A stretch of 64,000 nucleotides of DNA from an uncultured Desulfobacterales bacterium (lineage in GTDB: Bacteria; Desulfobacterota; Desulfobacteria; Desulfobacterales; UBA11574). Shown one piece after another: positions 18,693 through 27,678 of this stretch. The stretch is taken from assembly GCA_937998305.1 (NCBI GenBank), contig CALLDL010000004.1:7103-71102 (forward strand). Reading direction: 5' to 3'. The number at the start of each line of letters is the position of its first letter. Position 1 is the stretch's first letter. A model generated the notes under the pieces. The model ran no database searches. It worked only from the letters and a program-made list of their open reading frames with translations, and was not told the DNA's origin. The translations under genes were made by a program, and so were the position numbers.

Positions 18693-18899
18693 ATGTCGCC
18701 CAAACGGTATAAAGTTGAAACATCCTGTCCTCAATGCGGATGCAGTGCTGTTACACATCTGTCTACACAAGAAATCAAAGAAAGATATGGAGATGTAGCA
18801 AATGTTGAAATGGATTGTGGCGAATGCTTAATCAAGTATGAGGCTGATATGAAAACTGCATGCCCTGAATGGGATAAGGACTGTAGAATAAAAGAATAA
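18693..18899 (+). CDS. small zinc-ribbon-like Cys-rich protein
   Basis: 68 aa with GGAGG upstream. Cys pairs CPQCGC ... CGEC ... C..W...C. Confidence 0.5.
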   Translation: MSPKRYKVETSCPQCGCSAVTHLSTQEIKERYGDVANVEMDCGECLIKYEADMKTACPEWDKDCRIKE

Positions 18900-18925
18900 T
18901 TCAAGATTTCGAAAGGCATGAAAAA

Positions 18926-19405
18926 ATGATTTATGACTTTACTGCAGACGACGTGTTTGAGATGGCTGAGGAACTTGAAAGAAATGGCGCTAAATTTTAT
19001 GGAGATGCCGCTCAAAACGCAGACAACCCTGAGTACAAAAAGCTTCTTGTTGGGCTTGCGGAAATGGAAGTCGAACATGAAAAGACATTTGTAAATTTAA
19101 GGTCGCAACTGTCGGGAAATGAAAAAGCATTAACGGCGTTTGACCCTCAAAATGAATCCGCCCTTTATCTTAAGGTTCTGGCAGATACCAAGGTGTTTTT
19201 TGAAAAAAAGATTGATTTTTCATCCATGAAAAGTGTCCTCAAGGCAGCCATCCTTGCTGAAAAAGATTCCATCGTTTTTTATCTTGGCATGAAAGAAATG
19301 GTCCCTGAACAGTATGGGAAGGATAAACTTGACAAGATTATCGAAGAAGAGATGGACCACATAAAAATACTCAGCAAAGAACTGGTTGCCCTGAAGAATC
19401 AATAA
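18926..19405 (+). CDS. ferritin-like / rubrerythrin-family diiron protein
   Basis: 159 aa with E-x-x-H helices EMEVEH and EEEMDH. Confidence 0.7.
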   Translation: MIYDFTADDVFEMAEELERNGAKFYGDAAQNADNPEYKKLLVGLAEMEVEHEKTFVNLRSQLSGNEKALTAFDPQNESALYLKVLADTKVFFEKKIDFSSMKSVLKAAILAEKDSIVFYLGMKEMVPEQYGKDKLDKIIEEEMDHIKILSKELVALKNQ

Positions 19406-19594
19406 GGATCTTGTTTCATAATACAAATGTGTATCAATATTTAATGTGAGACAATTTTTAGACTTTTGGAATGCTTTTAATACAGTTTCGTTTTCATGTT
19501 TTTGTCATTTCCTTTTAAAAAGACCTGACCACCGAACTGGAAAAAATGAATAAAGATTGATTAAAATTTTGATAGCTTATGGAGACCCTGATAC

Positions 19595-19810
19595 GTGAGA
19601 CGCTGCAATTATAATATTAAAAAAACATTGAATCTAGTGGATGAAATGATCAGAGTCGCAGATAAGGGCGACATTGAGCGAGAAGATAGCGGCTGTGGTA
19701 TTCTTTACGGTGTATTGCGTGATTCGGCCTATAAAGTGAAAAAACTGGCGGAACAGGAAAAAGAAAAACACATAGCAAAAGGGTGGTGGATGGAAGAGTC
19801 CGACAGCTAA
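19595..19810 (+). CDS. hypothetical protein
   Basis: 71-aa ORF with a GTG start and GGAG upstream. No family recognised. Confidence 0.3.
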   Translation: MRRCNYNIKKTLNLVDEMIRVADKGDIEREDSGCGILYGVLRDSAYKVKKLAEQEKEKHIAKGWWMEESDS

Positions 19811-19894
19811 AAAATGGCGAGAGATGTATTGTATCACTGGTAGCATTTAATTTTTTAAAAATAACTAACAAACACATAAAAGGAGGCGTTTAAT

Positions 19895-20467
19895 ATGGCG
19901 TTAAAAGGGACCCAAACAGAGAAAAATCTTTTAACTGCATTTGCAGGGGAGTCGCAGGCAAGAAATCGATACACCTATTTTGCCAGTCAGGCTAAAAAGG
20001 ATGGCTATGTTCAAATATCTGATATATTTATAGAAACAGCCAATCAGGAAAAAGAGCATGCCAAGCGGTTTTTTAAATTTTTAGAGGGCGGAGAGGTTGA
20101 AGTCGCTGCGGCATTTCCAGCCGGAGTTATTGGAACGACCTTCGAAAACCTGAAAGCAGCCGCGGCAGGAGAACATTATGAGCATACCGAGATGTATCCC
20201 GGTTTTGCCAAAGTTGCCCGCATGGAAGGGTTTGAAGCCATTTCTGAGGTTTTTGATGCGATTTCAGTTGCTGAAAAACAGCACGAGAAACGGTATGTTG
20301 ATCTTGCCGCCAACATAGAGGCCGGAAAGGTATTTAAAAAAGACGAAACCGTAACTTGGCGATGCCGAAACTGCGGATATCTCCATGAAGGTGAGCAGGC
20401 TCTGGAATTGTGTCCGGCTTGTGCACATCCCCAGGCCCACTTTGAACTGCTTGGTGAAAACTGGTAG
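19895..20467 (+). CDS. rbr: rubrerythrin
   Basis: N-terminus TEKNLLTAFAGESQARNRY, a diiron four-helix domain, and a C-terminal rubredoxin-like CRNCG...CPAC. Confidence 0.92.
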   Translation: MALKGTQTEKNLLTAFAGESQARNRYTYFASQAKKDGYVQISDIFIETANQEKEHAKRFFKFLEGGEVEVAAAFPAGVIGTTFENLKAAAAGEHYEHTEMYPGFAKVARMEGFEAISEVFDAISVAEKQHEKRYVDLAANIEAGKVFKKDETVTWRCRNCGYLHEGEQALELCPACAHPQAHFELLGENW

Positions 20468-20607
20468 GGCTGGTTTAGACGGTTGAACCTGCAGGCCCGT
20501 TTACCGGTAACCCTTATTCGGTAAAGGATGTGATGAATTTAATGTCTCTGATTTTAACTGTCATTAAAAACAATCGAAATATTTTATTTTAAAAGGAGGA
20601 AAGAGAA

Positions 20608-20982
20608 ATGGCGGAAAAACTTGAAGTTTATAAATGTGAAATTTGTGGAAATATCGTAGAGGTTCTCCATGGTGGTGGCGGAGAGCTGGTGTGCTGTGGG
20701 CAGCCCATGGTCCAGATGGTTGAGAACACGGTTGATGCAGCCAGAGAGAAACATGTGCCGGTTATTGAAAAAGTTTCGGGCGGCATAAAAGTTAAAGTCG
20801 GTGATGTTCCGCATCCTATGGAAGAAAAACATTATATTGAATGGGTTGAAATCATAGCAGACGGTAAGGCTTACAGACAATTTCTCAACCCCGGGGAGGC
20901 CCCTGAGGCAACATTTGATATGGAAACCGATCAAGTTACAGCACGTGAATACTGCAACATCCATGGTTTGTGGAAAGGATAA
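20608..20982 (+). CDS. dfx: desulfoferrodoxin (2Fe superoxide reductase)
   Basis: Desulforedoxin-like centre I (CEICGN...CCGQPM) plus centre II residues ([18 protein letters not shown]). Confidence 0.92.
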   Translation: MAEKLEVYKCEICGNIVEVLHGGGGELVCCGQPMVQMVENTVDAAREKHVPVIEKVSGGIKVKVGDVPHPMEEKHYIEWVEIIADGKAYRQFLNPGEAPEATFDMETDQVTAREYCNIHGLWKG

Positions 20983-20987
20983 TATCG

Positions 20988-21503
20988 ATGCTATCAGATA
21001 GAATGCAAAAAGCACTCAATGGGCAGGTGAATGCCGAACTTTATTCTTCTTACCTATACTTGTCGATGAATGCCTACTTCAAATCTGTTAATCTTGACGG
21101 GTTTGCCAGCTGGATGAATGCACAGGCTCAGGAAGAACTAATGCATGCCATGAAACTTTATGAGTTTATCAATCAACGTGGTGGGAGAGCTCTTCTCGCT
21201 GCAATTGAAACACCTCCCGCCCAATGGGATTCTCCTCTGGCTGTGTTTGAAGACACGTTAAAACATGAACAGAAGGTGACCGGGCTCATCAATGGCTTGG
21301 TTGAAATTGCTATGGAAGAACGTGACCATGCGACACAGATATTTCTCCAATGGTTCGTGACCGAACAGGTAGAAGAAGAAGAGAGTGTCGGTAATGTGCT
21401 GGAGCAGCTCAAACTGCTGGGTGATGCCAAACAAGGTCTTTTTATGATGGATCGAGAACTGGCAACACGACAGGCTCCGGATATGCCCATTGAATCAGAA
21501 TAA
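20988..21503 (+). CDS. ftn: non-haem ferritin
   Basis: LNGQVNAELYSSYLYLSMNAYF and AQEELMHAMKLYEF ferroxidase-centre helices. Start at the ATG at 20988. Confidence 0.88.
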   Translation: MLSDRMQKALNGQVNAELYSSYLYLSMNAYFKSVNLDGFASWMNAQAQEELMHAMKLYEFINQRGGRALLAAIETPPAQWDSPLAVFEDTLKHEQKVTGLINGLVEIAMEERDHATQIFLQWFVTEQVEEEESVGNVLEQLKLLGDAKQGLFMMDRELATRQAPDMPIESE

Positions 21504-21541
21504 AGAGCACGACATTTACCTGAAAAGGAGGTGATCTTATT

Positions 21542-21697
21542 ATGCCTAACTGGAGATGTTCAAACTGTGGGTATGCGCTAGAGACCGATGCACCACCGGA
21601 TCAATGTCCTTCTTGTAAAGAAAAATGTGAATTTCTTGACAATACCTGTTATACGCCGGATTGTGAATTTGAGGGCACTGACAAACGAATAAAATAA
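21542..21697 (+). CDS. small rubredoxin-like zinc-ribbon protein (51 aa; below the ORF-track cutoff)
   Basis: Hand translation MPNWRCSNCGYALETDAPPDQCPSCKEKCEFLDNTCYTPDCEFEGTDKRIK. CxxC...CxxC resembles the rubrerythrin C-terminal domain. GGAGG lies upstream. Confidence 0.55.
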   Translation: MPNWRCSNCGYALETDAPPDQCPSCKEKCEFLDNTCYTPDCEFEGTDKRIK

Positions 21698-21726
21698 GGT
21701 GGCATAGCGCTTAAGGAGAAAATATA

Positions 21727-22158
21727 ATGGCTAAAGTACTTGTTGTATGTGCCACAAGAACCGGAGAAACTCTTAAAATCGGTGAACTCATCGCCGAAGG
21801 TATTCGGGTGTCCGGTCATGAAGCAAATGTGGTAAAGATCAATACAATAAAAAAAGAAACCGATTTACAGGGGTATGACGGCCTTGTATTTGGATCGGCC
21901 ACGTATCATGGCGATATGATTCAGACCATGAAGACCGCTCTTTTTCTTGCTGAAAAGGCTGGCCTTGAAGGGAAAGTGGGGGGTGCTTTTGGTGCATTTG
22001 GATGGAGTGGAGAAGCACCGGATCGCATTTTCGACACCATGAAAAATATTTTTAAAATGAATATGGTTGGTGGTCCGTTGAGGCTCAAAGCGAGTTCTCT
22101 GGGCGGAGGGGTCCAGATGGCTCAGGACTATGGCCGTGAAATCGCCGAGAAGTTATAA
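21727..22158 (+). CDS. short-chain flavodoxin
   Basis: 143 aa; FMN phosphate loop VVCATRTGETLKI; GWSGEA segment. Confidence 0.85.
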   Translation: MAKVLVVCATRTGETLKIGELIAEGIRVSGHEANVVKINTIKKETDLQGYDGLVFGSATYHGDMIQTMKTALFLAEKAGLEGKVGGAFGAFGWSGEAPDRIFDTMKNIFKMNMVGGPLRLKASSLGGGVQMAQDYGREIAEKL

Positions 22159-22254
22159 TTAGGGTTTTTGGCAACAGTATAGTTCTTTTAGAGGCCTAAA
22201 GTTCCAAGATGGTTTTATTTTAACTACTTTACAATGTTTAAACAGGAGAAGATT

Positions 22255-22440
22255 ATGTCTACACCGCAACATTGCCCGGGGTTTCAAAATTTTAAGACCT
22301 TAAAATCATTTGCATGCAAATGCCCGAGTTGTGGCCAAGAAGTGGAAATTTTTTCAGATGAGTTTGACAGAACCCATGTGTGCGAGGGCTGCAAAGAGCA
22401 GATAGACTTTACCCAGTGCACGCTGGAAGGGGCGGCATAA
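22255..22440 (+). CDS. small Cys-rich protein
   Basis: About 61 aa from the ATG at 22255 (AGGAGAAG upstream). Motifs CPG...CKCPSCG...CEGC...C. Confidence 0.45.
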   Translation: MSTPQHCPGFQNFKTLKSFACKCPSCGQEVEIFSDEFDRTHVCEGCKEQIDFTQCTLEGAA

Positions 22441-22786
22441 CTTACCGACTCTGATTTCAGCAGCCCATGTATACTTTTCTTAAGTTGTGAATAAATCATA
22501 GTTTGGCAATGATTCTAAAATGTTCTGAATTTTTGTCGCTACTTGGGCAGGGCAGACTGCTCCAAGAAACGACTGTTTCTATGTATCGTGAATTCCTGAA
22601 AAATCCGCCTTCAATCTAAACCGAAACGGTATTTAAGCTTTGATTTTATAGCTTTTTCAGAAACGGATCATTTTCAAACAGATAAAGATATTATCTCAAG
22701 TTTCACATCCAAAAACTTCAGTAACTTTAATACAGCGTAGCAGGTCTTAATAAATCTATTTTAAGCCTAGTGCATCAAATGTTTTT

Positions 22787-22966
22787 TAGAACCTATCTCA
22801 AAAACAATCTAAGTTCCCATGGCGGCGTTGTGGAACGGTTCAAAATGCTCACATACTATGTGTATGCTCCGCTTTTTCACCGCTCCACGCCCCCGATTCT
22901 CGGGATTTCGCAACGCTCAACTTGCTTTTTGTTGAACTCTAACCTTATTTTTGAGATTAGGCTCTA
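22787..22966 (+). repeat. family C MITE-like element, copy C1
   Basis: Terminal inverted repeats TAGAACCTATCTCAAAAA / TTTTTGAGATTAGGCTCTA. The interior is near-identical to the inverted copy at 34929-35072. Confidence 0.8.
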
Positions 22967-23027
22967 GTAATGTCCGGTGTGAAACTTGAGAATATATTTG
23001 TATGCTGTATTTAAAAAGGAGATGCTC

Positions 23028-24341
23028 ATGGATGTGGTATTGCTTTCGCGTTTGCAGTTTGCGGCCGCCACCATGTTTCACTTTTTATTTGTTCCTTTTA
23101 CCCTCGGTTTATCGTTTTTGGTGGCCTATATGGAAACCAAATACGTCAAGACCGGGGACGAAACCTACCTTCGCATGACAAAATTTTGGGGCAAGCTGTT
23201 CCTCATTAATTTTGCCGTGGGTGTCGTCACCGGGATAACTTTAGAATTTCAATTTGGAACCAACTGGTCCCGCTATTCAGCTTTTGTCGGGGATATCTTT
23301 GGTTCCCTTCTGGCTATCGAAGCAACCACTTCCTTTTTTCTGGAATCGACCCTCATCGGTGTTTGGATTTTCGGCTGGAAAAAACTCTCCAAAAAGGCTC
23401 ACGCTGCGGTGATGTGGTTGATTGCTGTTGCGTCAACCTTTTCGGCGGTCTGGATACTTATCGCCAATGCCTGGATGCAAAACCCGGTTGGATATACCAT
23501 CCGGGACGGCCGGGCCGAACTGGTTGATTTTGCTGCTGTTTTGTTTCAAAAATACGCCATCTTTAAATTTGTCCATACGGTCAGCGCCGCTTATGTGCTG
23601 AGCGCCTTTTTTGTCATGGGGGTTAGCGCTTATCATTTGTTAAAAAAACAACATATCGATTTTTTTACGCGATCTTTCAAAATCGCTCTGGGATTCGGCA
23701 TCATTTTTTCTTTTATAGTGGTCATCATGGGTGACATTAACGGTGTCATCGTTGCTGAAAAACAGCCCACCAAGCTCGCGGCAATGGAATCTCTCTGGGA
23801 AACCACCACCCGGGCGCCGGTCTATTTTTTTGCTCTTCCGGATGAAGAGAACGAAAGAAATAAAATTGAAATCGGCGCCATACCCGGTGTGCTTAGTTTT
23901 CTGGTCAAACACGATATCAATGCAAAGATACAGGGCTTGAAGGATTTTCCCAGGGAGGAAAGACCACCGGTGTTAATTACATCTTTTGCCTTTAAAGGGA
24001 TGGTCGGCCTGGGTTTTTACTTTATTATAGCTACCATTCTCGGCTGGTGGAAACGCAACCGACTGGTGGACAGTCCTAAATATTTAAAGCTCATGCTGTT
24101 GTCCATTCCCCTGCCGTATATGGCTTGTGAACTGGGTTGGGTTGTGGCAGAAGTGGGTCGTCAACCATGGATCGTGTATGGTCTGATGAAGACGTCTGAT
24201 GCAGCCTCTCCCATAGCTACATCTCAGGTATTGACTTCGCTGATTGCGTTTATTGTGGTGTATGGTTTGTTGGGTGTTACCGGATTTTATTTGATTGCCA
24301 AAAACGCTTTGAAGGCTCCCGAGCTCACCACCGACAACTAG
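23028..24341 (+). CDS. cydA: cytochrome bd oxidase subunit I
   Basis: N-terminus LSRLQFAAATMFHFLFVPFTLG and GWVVAEVGRQPW near the C-terminus. Start at the ATG at 23028 after AAGGAG. Confidence 0.92.
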   Translation: MDVVLLSRLQFAAATMFHFLFVPFTLGLSFLVAYMETKYVKTGDETYLRMTKFWGKLFLINFAVGVVTGITLEFQFGTNWSRYSAFVGDIFGSLLAIEATTSFFLESTLIGVWIFGWKKLSKKAHAAVMWLIAVASTFSAVWILIANAWMQNPVGYTIRDGRAELVDFAAVLFQKYAIFKFVHTVSAAYVLSAFFVMGVSAYHLLKKQHIDFFTRSFKIALGFGIIFSFIVVIMGDINGVIVAEKQPTKLAAMESLWETTTRAPVYFFALPDEENERNKIEIGAIPGVLSFLVKHDINAKIQGLKDFPREERPPVLITSFAFKGMVGLGFYFIIATILGWWKRNRLVDSPKYLKLMLLSIPLPYMACELGWVVAEVGRQPWIVYGLMKTSDAASPIATSQVLTSLIAFIVVYGLLGVTGFYLIAKNALKAPELTTDN

Positions 24342-24383
24342 CAATCCGAAAACCCCGGCGATATAAAAATACTGGAGGAGAAA

Positions 24384-25412
24384 ATGGTTTTACAAACGAT
24401 ATGGTTTTTTCTATGGGGTCTTTTATGGGCGATATTCTTTATGACGGACGGATTCGATTTTGGGATCGGAACGCTTTATCCCTTCTTGGGCAAAACCGAT
24501 CGGGACAAACGGATTATGATTAATGCACTGGGACCCTTGTGGGACGGAAATGAAGTGTGGCTGATTACCGCCGGAGGGGTTACTTTTGCAGCCTTTCCCC
24601 TGGTATATTCTGTTATGTTTTCATCTCTTTATTCAGCGTTGATGCTGATTTTATTTGCCCTTATTCTTCGGGGTGTTTCTTTTGAATTTCGCGGCAAAGT
24701 CGATGACCCCCGCTGGCGAAAGATCTGGGACACCTGCATTTTTGTTGGAAGCTTTGTGCCTGCACTCCTTTTTGGCGTTGCCTTTGCAAATATTTTCCAG
24801 GGCATTCCCTTCGATCACAATGGGGTCTACCATGGAACACTCTTTACACTGTTAAATCCATATGGTCTTTTGGGCGGCATTCTCTTTGTTCTCCTTTTTA
24901 TGATTCACGGTGCTTTGTGGATTTCCATAAAATCAGAAGGAGATCTCCAAGAAAGAGCTATTTCCACTGTCAAAAAACTCTGGCCGATCCTTCTTGGAGT
25001 GGCGGTTATTTTTTTAATCGCCAGCAAGTTCTCCACCCGTCTGTATGATAACTATATTGAACATCCCACTTTTTTTATCGTCATAGTGATGACGGTTCTC
25101 GCGCTTTTGAGCGTCAGATTTTTCCTTGTGAGGAAAACTTTTTTCAAAGCCTGGTTCGCTTCAGCATTGACCATTGTGGGCGCCACGTTTTTCGGCGTGA
25201 TCGGGCTTTACCCGAACCTGTTTCCCTCCAGCCTGAACCCCAGGTACAGCCTTACCGCATACAATGCCTCTTCAAGTCCTTTAACATTGAAAATTATGCT
25301 GATTGTTGTTATAATTTTTATCCCTGTTGTCATCGGCTATCAAATTTGGGCATATAACCTTTTTAAAGGCAAAGTGACGGAAGAGGATCTTGCCCATGAT
25401 GAAGCCTATTAG
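24384..25412 (+). CDS. cydB: cytochrome bd oxidase subunit II
   Basis: 342 aa, polytopic, N-terminus DGFDFGIG, immediately downstream of cydA. Confidence 0.9.
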   Translation: MVLQTIWFFLWGLLWAIFFMTDGFDFGIGTLYPFLGKTDRDKRIMINALGPLWDGNEVWLITAGGVTFAAFPLVYSVMFSSLYSALMLILFALILRGVSFEFRGKVDDPRWRKIWDTCIFVGSFVPALLFGVAFANIFQGIPFDHNGVYHGTLFTLLNPYGLLGGILFVLLFMIHGALWISIKSEGDLQERAISTVKKLWPILLGVAVIFLIASKFSTRLYDNYIEHPTFFIVIVMTVLALLSVRFFLVRKTFFKAWFASALTIVGATFFGVIGLYPNLFPSSLNPRYSLTAYNASSSPLTLKIMLIVVIIFIPVVIGYQIWAYNLFKGKVTEEDLAHDEAY

Positions 25413-25447
25413 ATATTAGTGTTTTAATCTTTGTGAAAGTTACGCTT

Positions 25448-25789
25448 ATGAAATCAAAAATTGTTGTGTTGTGGGTCGTGTTCGTGCTTGTTTATGGTGG
25501 CGTCATCTTTGCTGGTATTGAAAAAAAAGGCCCGGAACAAATAACCCTTGACGGAGGCCAAAAAGGCGTGGTTGGTTTTCCCCATCGACAACATCAAACG
25601 ACGCTGGGTGACTGCAACATCTGTCATAATATATTTCCCCAGAAGTTGGGCGTCATCGAGGATTTGAAAAACCAGGGCAGACTGGCGAAAAAACGGGTCA
25701 TGAATCATTGCAGGGCGTGCCACCGCAACCGGGTCAAGCATGGCCAAAAGGCCGGCCCGACTTCCTGCCAGAAATGTCATAAAAAATAA
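25448..25789 (+). CDS. triheme cytochrome c7 (PpcA-like, cytochrome c3 superfamily) with signal/anchor
   Basis: Three CxxCH motifs (CNICH, CRACH, CQKCH). FPHRQH precedes haem I and the protein ends CQKCHKK, as in Geobacter PpcA. The start could be GTG at 25433. Confidence 0.8.
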   Translation: MKSKIVVLWVVFVLVYGGVIFAGIEKKGPEQITLDGGQKGVVGFPHRQHQTTLGDCNICHNIFPQKLGVIEDLKNQGRLAKKRVMNHCRACHRNRVKHGQKAGPTSCQKCHKK

Positions 25790-25803
25790 AAGAGGTTTAG
25801 CTG

Positions 25804-26781
25804 ATGATGATTCTTGGATTTCAAGGGAGTCCCCGAAAAAAAGGAAACACCAACTATCTTTTATCCGTCTTCATGGACGAGGCTGAGATTTTAGGTGCTC
25901 AAACCCGTATCATTAATGTATCCAAAAAAAATATTGTGCCGTGTATAGGCTGCGGTTATTGTGAAAAGAAGGGCTACTGTATCACTACAGATGATGATAT
26001 GACCAATGAAATCTACCCGTTGCTTCGGGAGGCGGATGTTGTTGTTTTGGCGGCGCCCATATATTTTTATAACGTTCCCGCTCAGCTAAAGGCCCCCATC
26101 GATCGTACTCAGACGCTATGGTCCAGGAAATATAAGTTGAAACTGACCGATCCGGCGAGACATTACCGGCGTGGATTTCTTCTTGCCCAAGGTGCGACAA
26201 AGGGAAAGAATCTTTTTGAAGGTGTCGACCTTACGGCAAAATATTTCTTTGATGCGGTGGGAGCGGGGTTCAACGGGAGCTTAACCTACCGGCACATAGA
26301 ATATACCGGGGATATGGAAAAGCATCCCACCGTTCACAAAGATGTGACAGCTTCCGTGAAGGAACTTCTGGCCCCTCTTTTGGGCAGAAAAAAAATATTA
26401 TTCGCCTGTCGGGAAAACGCCTGTCGAAGCCAGATGGCCGCAGCATTTGCGCAACATCTTGCCGGTGATAAATTTGAAGTTATTTCAGCCGGCAGCGAGC
26501 CTGTGGAAAAAATAAATTTGGATATGGTCAAGGCCATGGCGGAAAAAGGGATCGATATGGGATTTCGCAAAACCCGATTCCTGGATAAGGCGGCATCAGA
26601 GTTGCAGCCGGATATGATCATTACCATGGGTTGTGATGAAGCATGTCCTTTTATTCCAGGTATGCAGCGGCTGGACTGGGATCTACCCGATCCGGCCGGA
26701 AAACCGATGGATGTTATGCGCAATGTTCGTGACGAAATTGAAAAAAAGGTTAAAGCTCTTGTCAACAGCACATTGAGCTAA
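25804..26781 (+). CDS. fusion protein: iron-sulfur flavoprotein-like FMN reductase + LMW-PTP/thioredoxin-type arsenate reductase domain
   Basis: N-terminal half has GSPRKKGNT plus the compact cluster motif CIGCGYCEKKGYC. C-terminal half has the CRENACRS (C-x5-R-S) P-loop and ITMGCDEACP. Confidence 0.8.
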   Translation: MMILGFQGSPRKKGNTNYLLSVFMDEAEILGAQTRIINVSKKNIVPCIGCGYCEKKGYCITTDDDMTNEIYPLLREADVVVLAAPIYFYNVPAQLKAPIDRTQTLWSRKYKLKLTDPARHYRRGFLLAQGATKGKNLFEGVDLTAKYFFDAVGAGFNGSLTYRHIEYTGDMEKHPTVHKDVTASVKELLAPLLGRKKILFACRENACRSQMAAAFAQHLAGDKFEVISAGSEPVEKINLDMVKAMAEKGIDMGFRKTRFLDKAASELQPDMIITMGCDEACPFIPGMQRLDWDLPDPAGKPMDVMRNVRDEIEKKVKALVNSTLS

Positions 26782-26802
26782 AAAATTAAAAGGAGAAATA
26801 TC

Positions 26803-27351
26803 ATGCCCGTTCAGTTGAAAGTCAAAGACATGATGATTCCCATAGGTGATTATGCAGTTACAACTGCCGATAAACCTCTGAAAGAAGCCGTTCCAGAGCT
26901 GATGAAAATCTATTGTCAGGTGGAAACTGGAAAATGTACGGAAGCAGGACACAGAACCAGCCTTGTCCTTGATGCTCAGGGTGAACTTGTGGGGATTCTC
27001 GATTTTAAAAGCATTTTAGAAGTGATGATTCCGGAAATTGCAGGAGGAATCAGCGGAAAATTGCATGCACTGGGTGTTTCAATCGCTTTTGCAGAAGCCG
27101 ATGCCCATGACATGGACCATGCAAAACACGGGTTTAGATCCAGAGTCAGACAGAACGCGCAAACCCATGTTAGAGACGTGATGCTTAAAATAAGAGGGAC
27201 CATAGATGCCGACGCCGGATTTCTGGATGCCCTTAAAATGATCTACCGCAACAAAATTACCATTTTACCCGTGTACGAAGAGGAGAAACTGGTGGGCGTT
27301 CTGCGGGATTCAGATCTGTTTCTGGTTGCAGCAAATGTTCTTATAGAATGA
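26803..27351 (+). CDS. CBS-domain pair protein
   Basis: 182 aa with two CBS-like repeats (..GELVGILDFKSIL.. and ..EKLVGVLRDSDL..). Confidence 0.7.
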   Translation: MPVQLKVKDMMIPIGDYAVTTADKPLKEAVPELMKIYCQVETGKCTEAGHRTSLVLDAQGELVGILDFKSILEVMIPEIAGGISGKLHALGVSIAFAEADAHDMDHAKHGFRSRVRQNAQTHVRDVMLKIRGTIDADAGFLDALKMIYRNKITILPVYEEEKLVGVLRDSDLFLVAANVLIE

Positions 27352-27383
27352 TAAATTTTGAAATGATACTTAAGGAGGAATAA

Positions 27384-27590
27384 ATGGCCGAACCTGAAGA
27401 GATGTATCAATGTCAGCAAGTTAGTTGTGGATATATTTATAACCCTGACAAGGGAGATCGAAAAGGAAAAATTCCCAAAGGGACCCAGTTTGCCGATTTG
27501 CCGGACGACTGGAAATGTCCGGTGTGCGGTGCTGGAAAGAAAATGTTCAAACCCCTTGCCGGGCCCGGCTCAGTTGCGGCAGGTGGTTAG
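27384..27590 (+). CDS. rubredoxin, type-2-like (C-x4-C first motif)
   Basis: [18 protein letters not shown]...DDWKCPVCG. The first Cys pair is spaced C-x4-C rather than C-x2-C, as reported for Desulfovibrio Rd-2. Confidence 0.75.
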   Translation: MAEPEEMYQCQQVSCGYIYNPDKGDRKGKIPKGTQFADLPDDWKCPVCGAGKKMFKPLAGPGSVAAGG

Positions 27591-27597
27591 AATTTGA

Positions 27598-27650
27598 TCA
27601 TACCTGAAGCGTCCTTGAAATGGATTTATTTCAAAGGACTAAACCATTAC
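27598..27650 (+). repeat. family D leader motif, copy D1
   Basis: CATACCTGAAGCGTCCTTGAAATGGATTTATTTCAAAGGACTAAACCATTAC. Ends 28 nt before the rubredoxin ATG. Confidence 0.75.
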
Positions 27651-27678
27651 ATAAATTCAATAAAAGAGGAGGGTTCAA

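Noticed and set aside
22770-22967. 65-aa ORF (and the 5' part of 35074-35322) as genes
   Set aside because: Both are translations of family C repeat copies.
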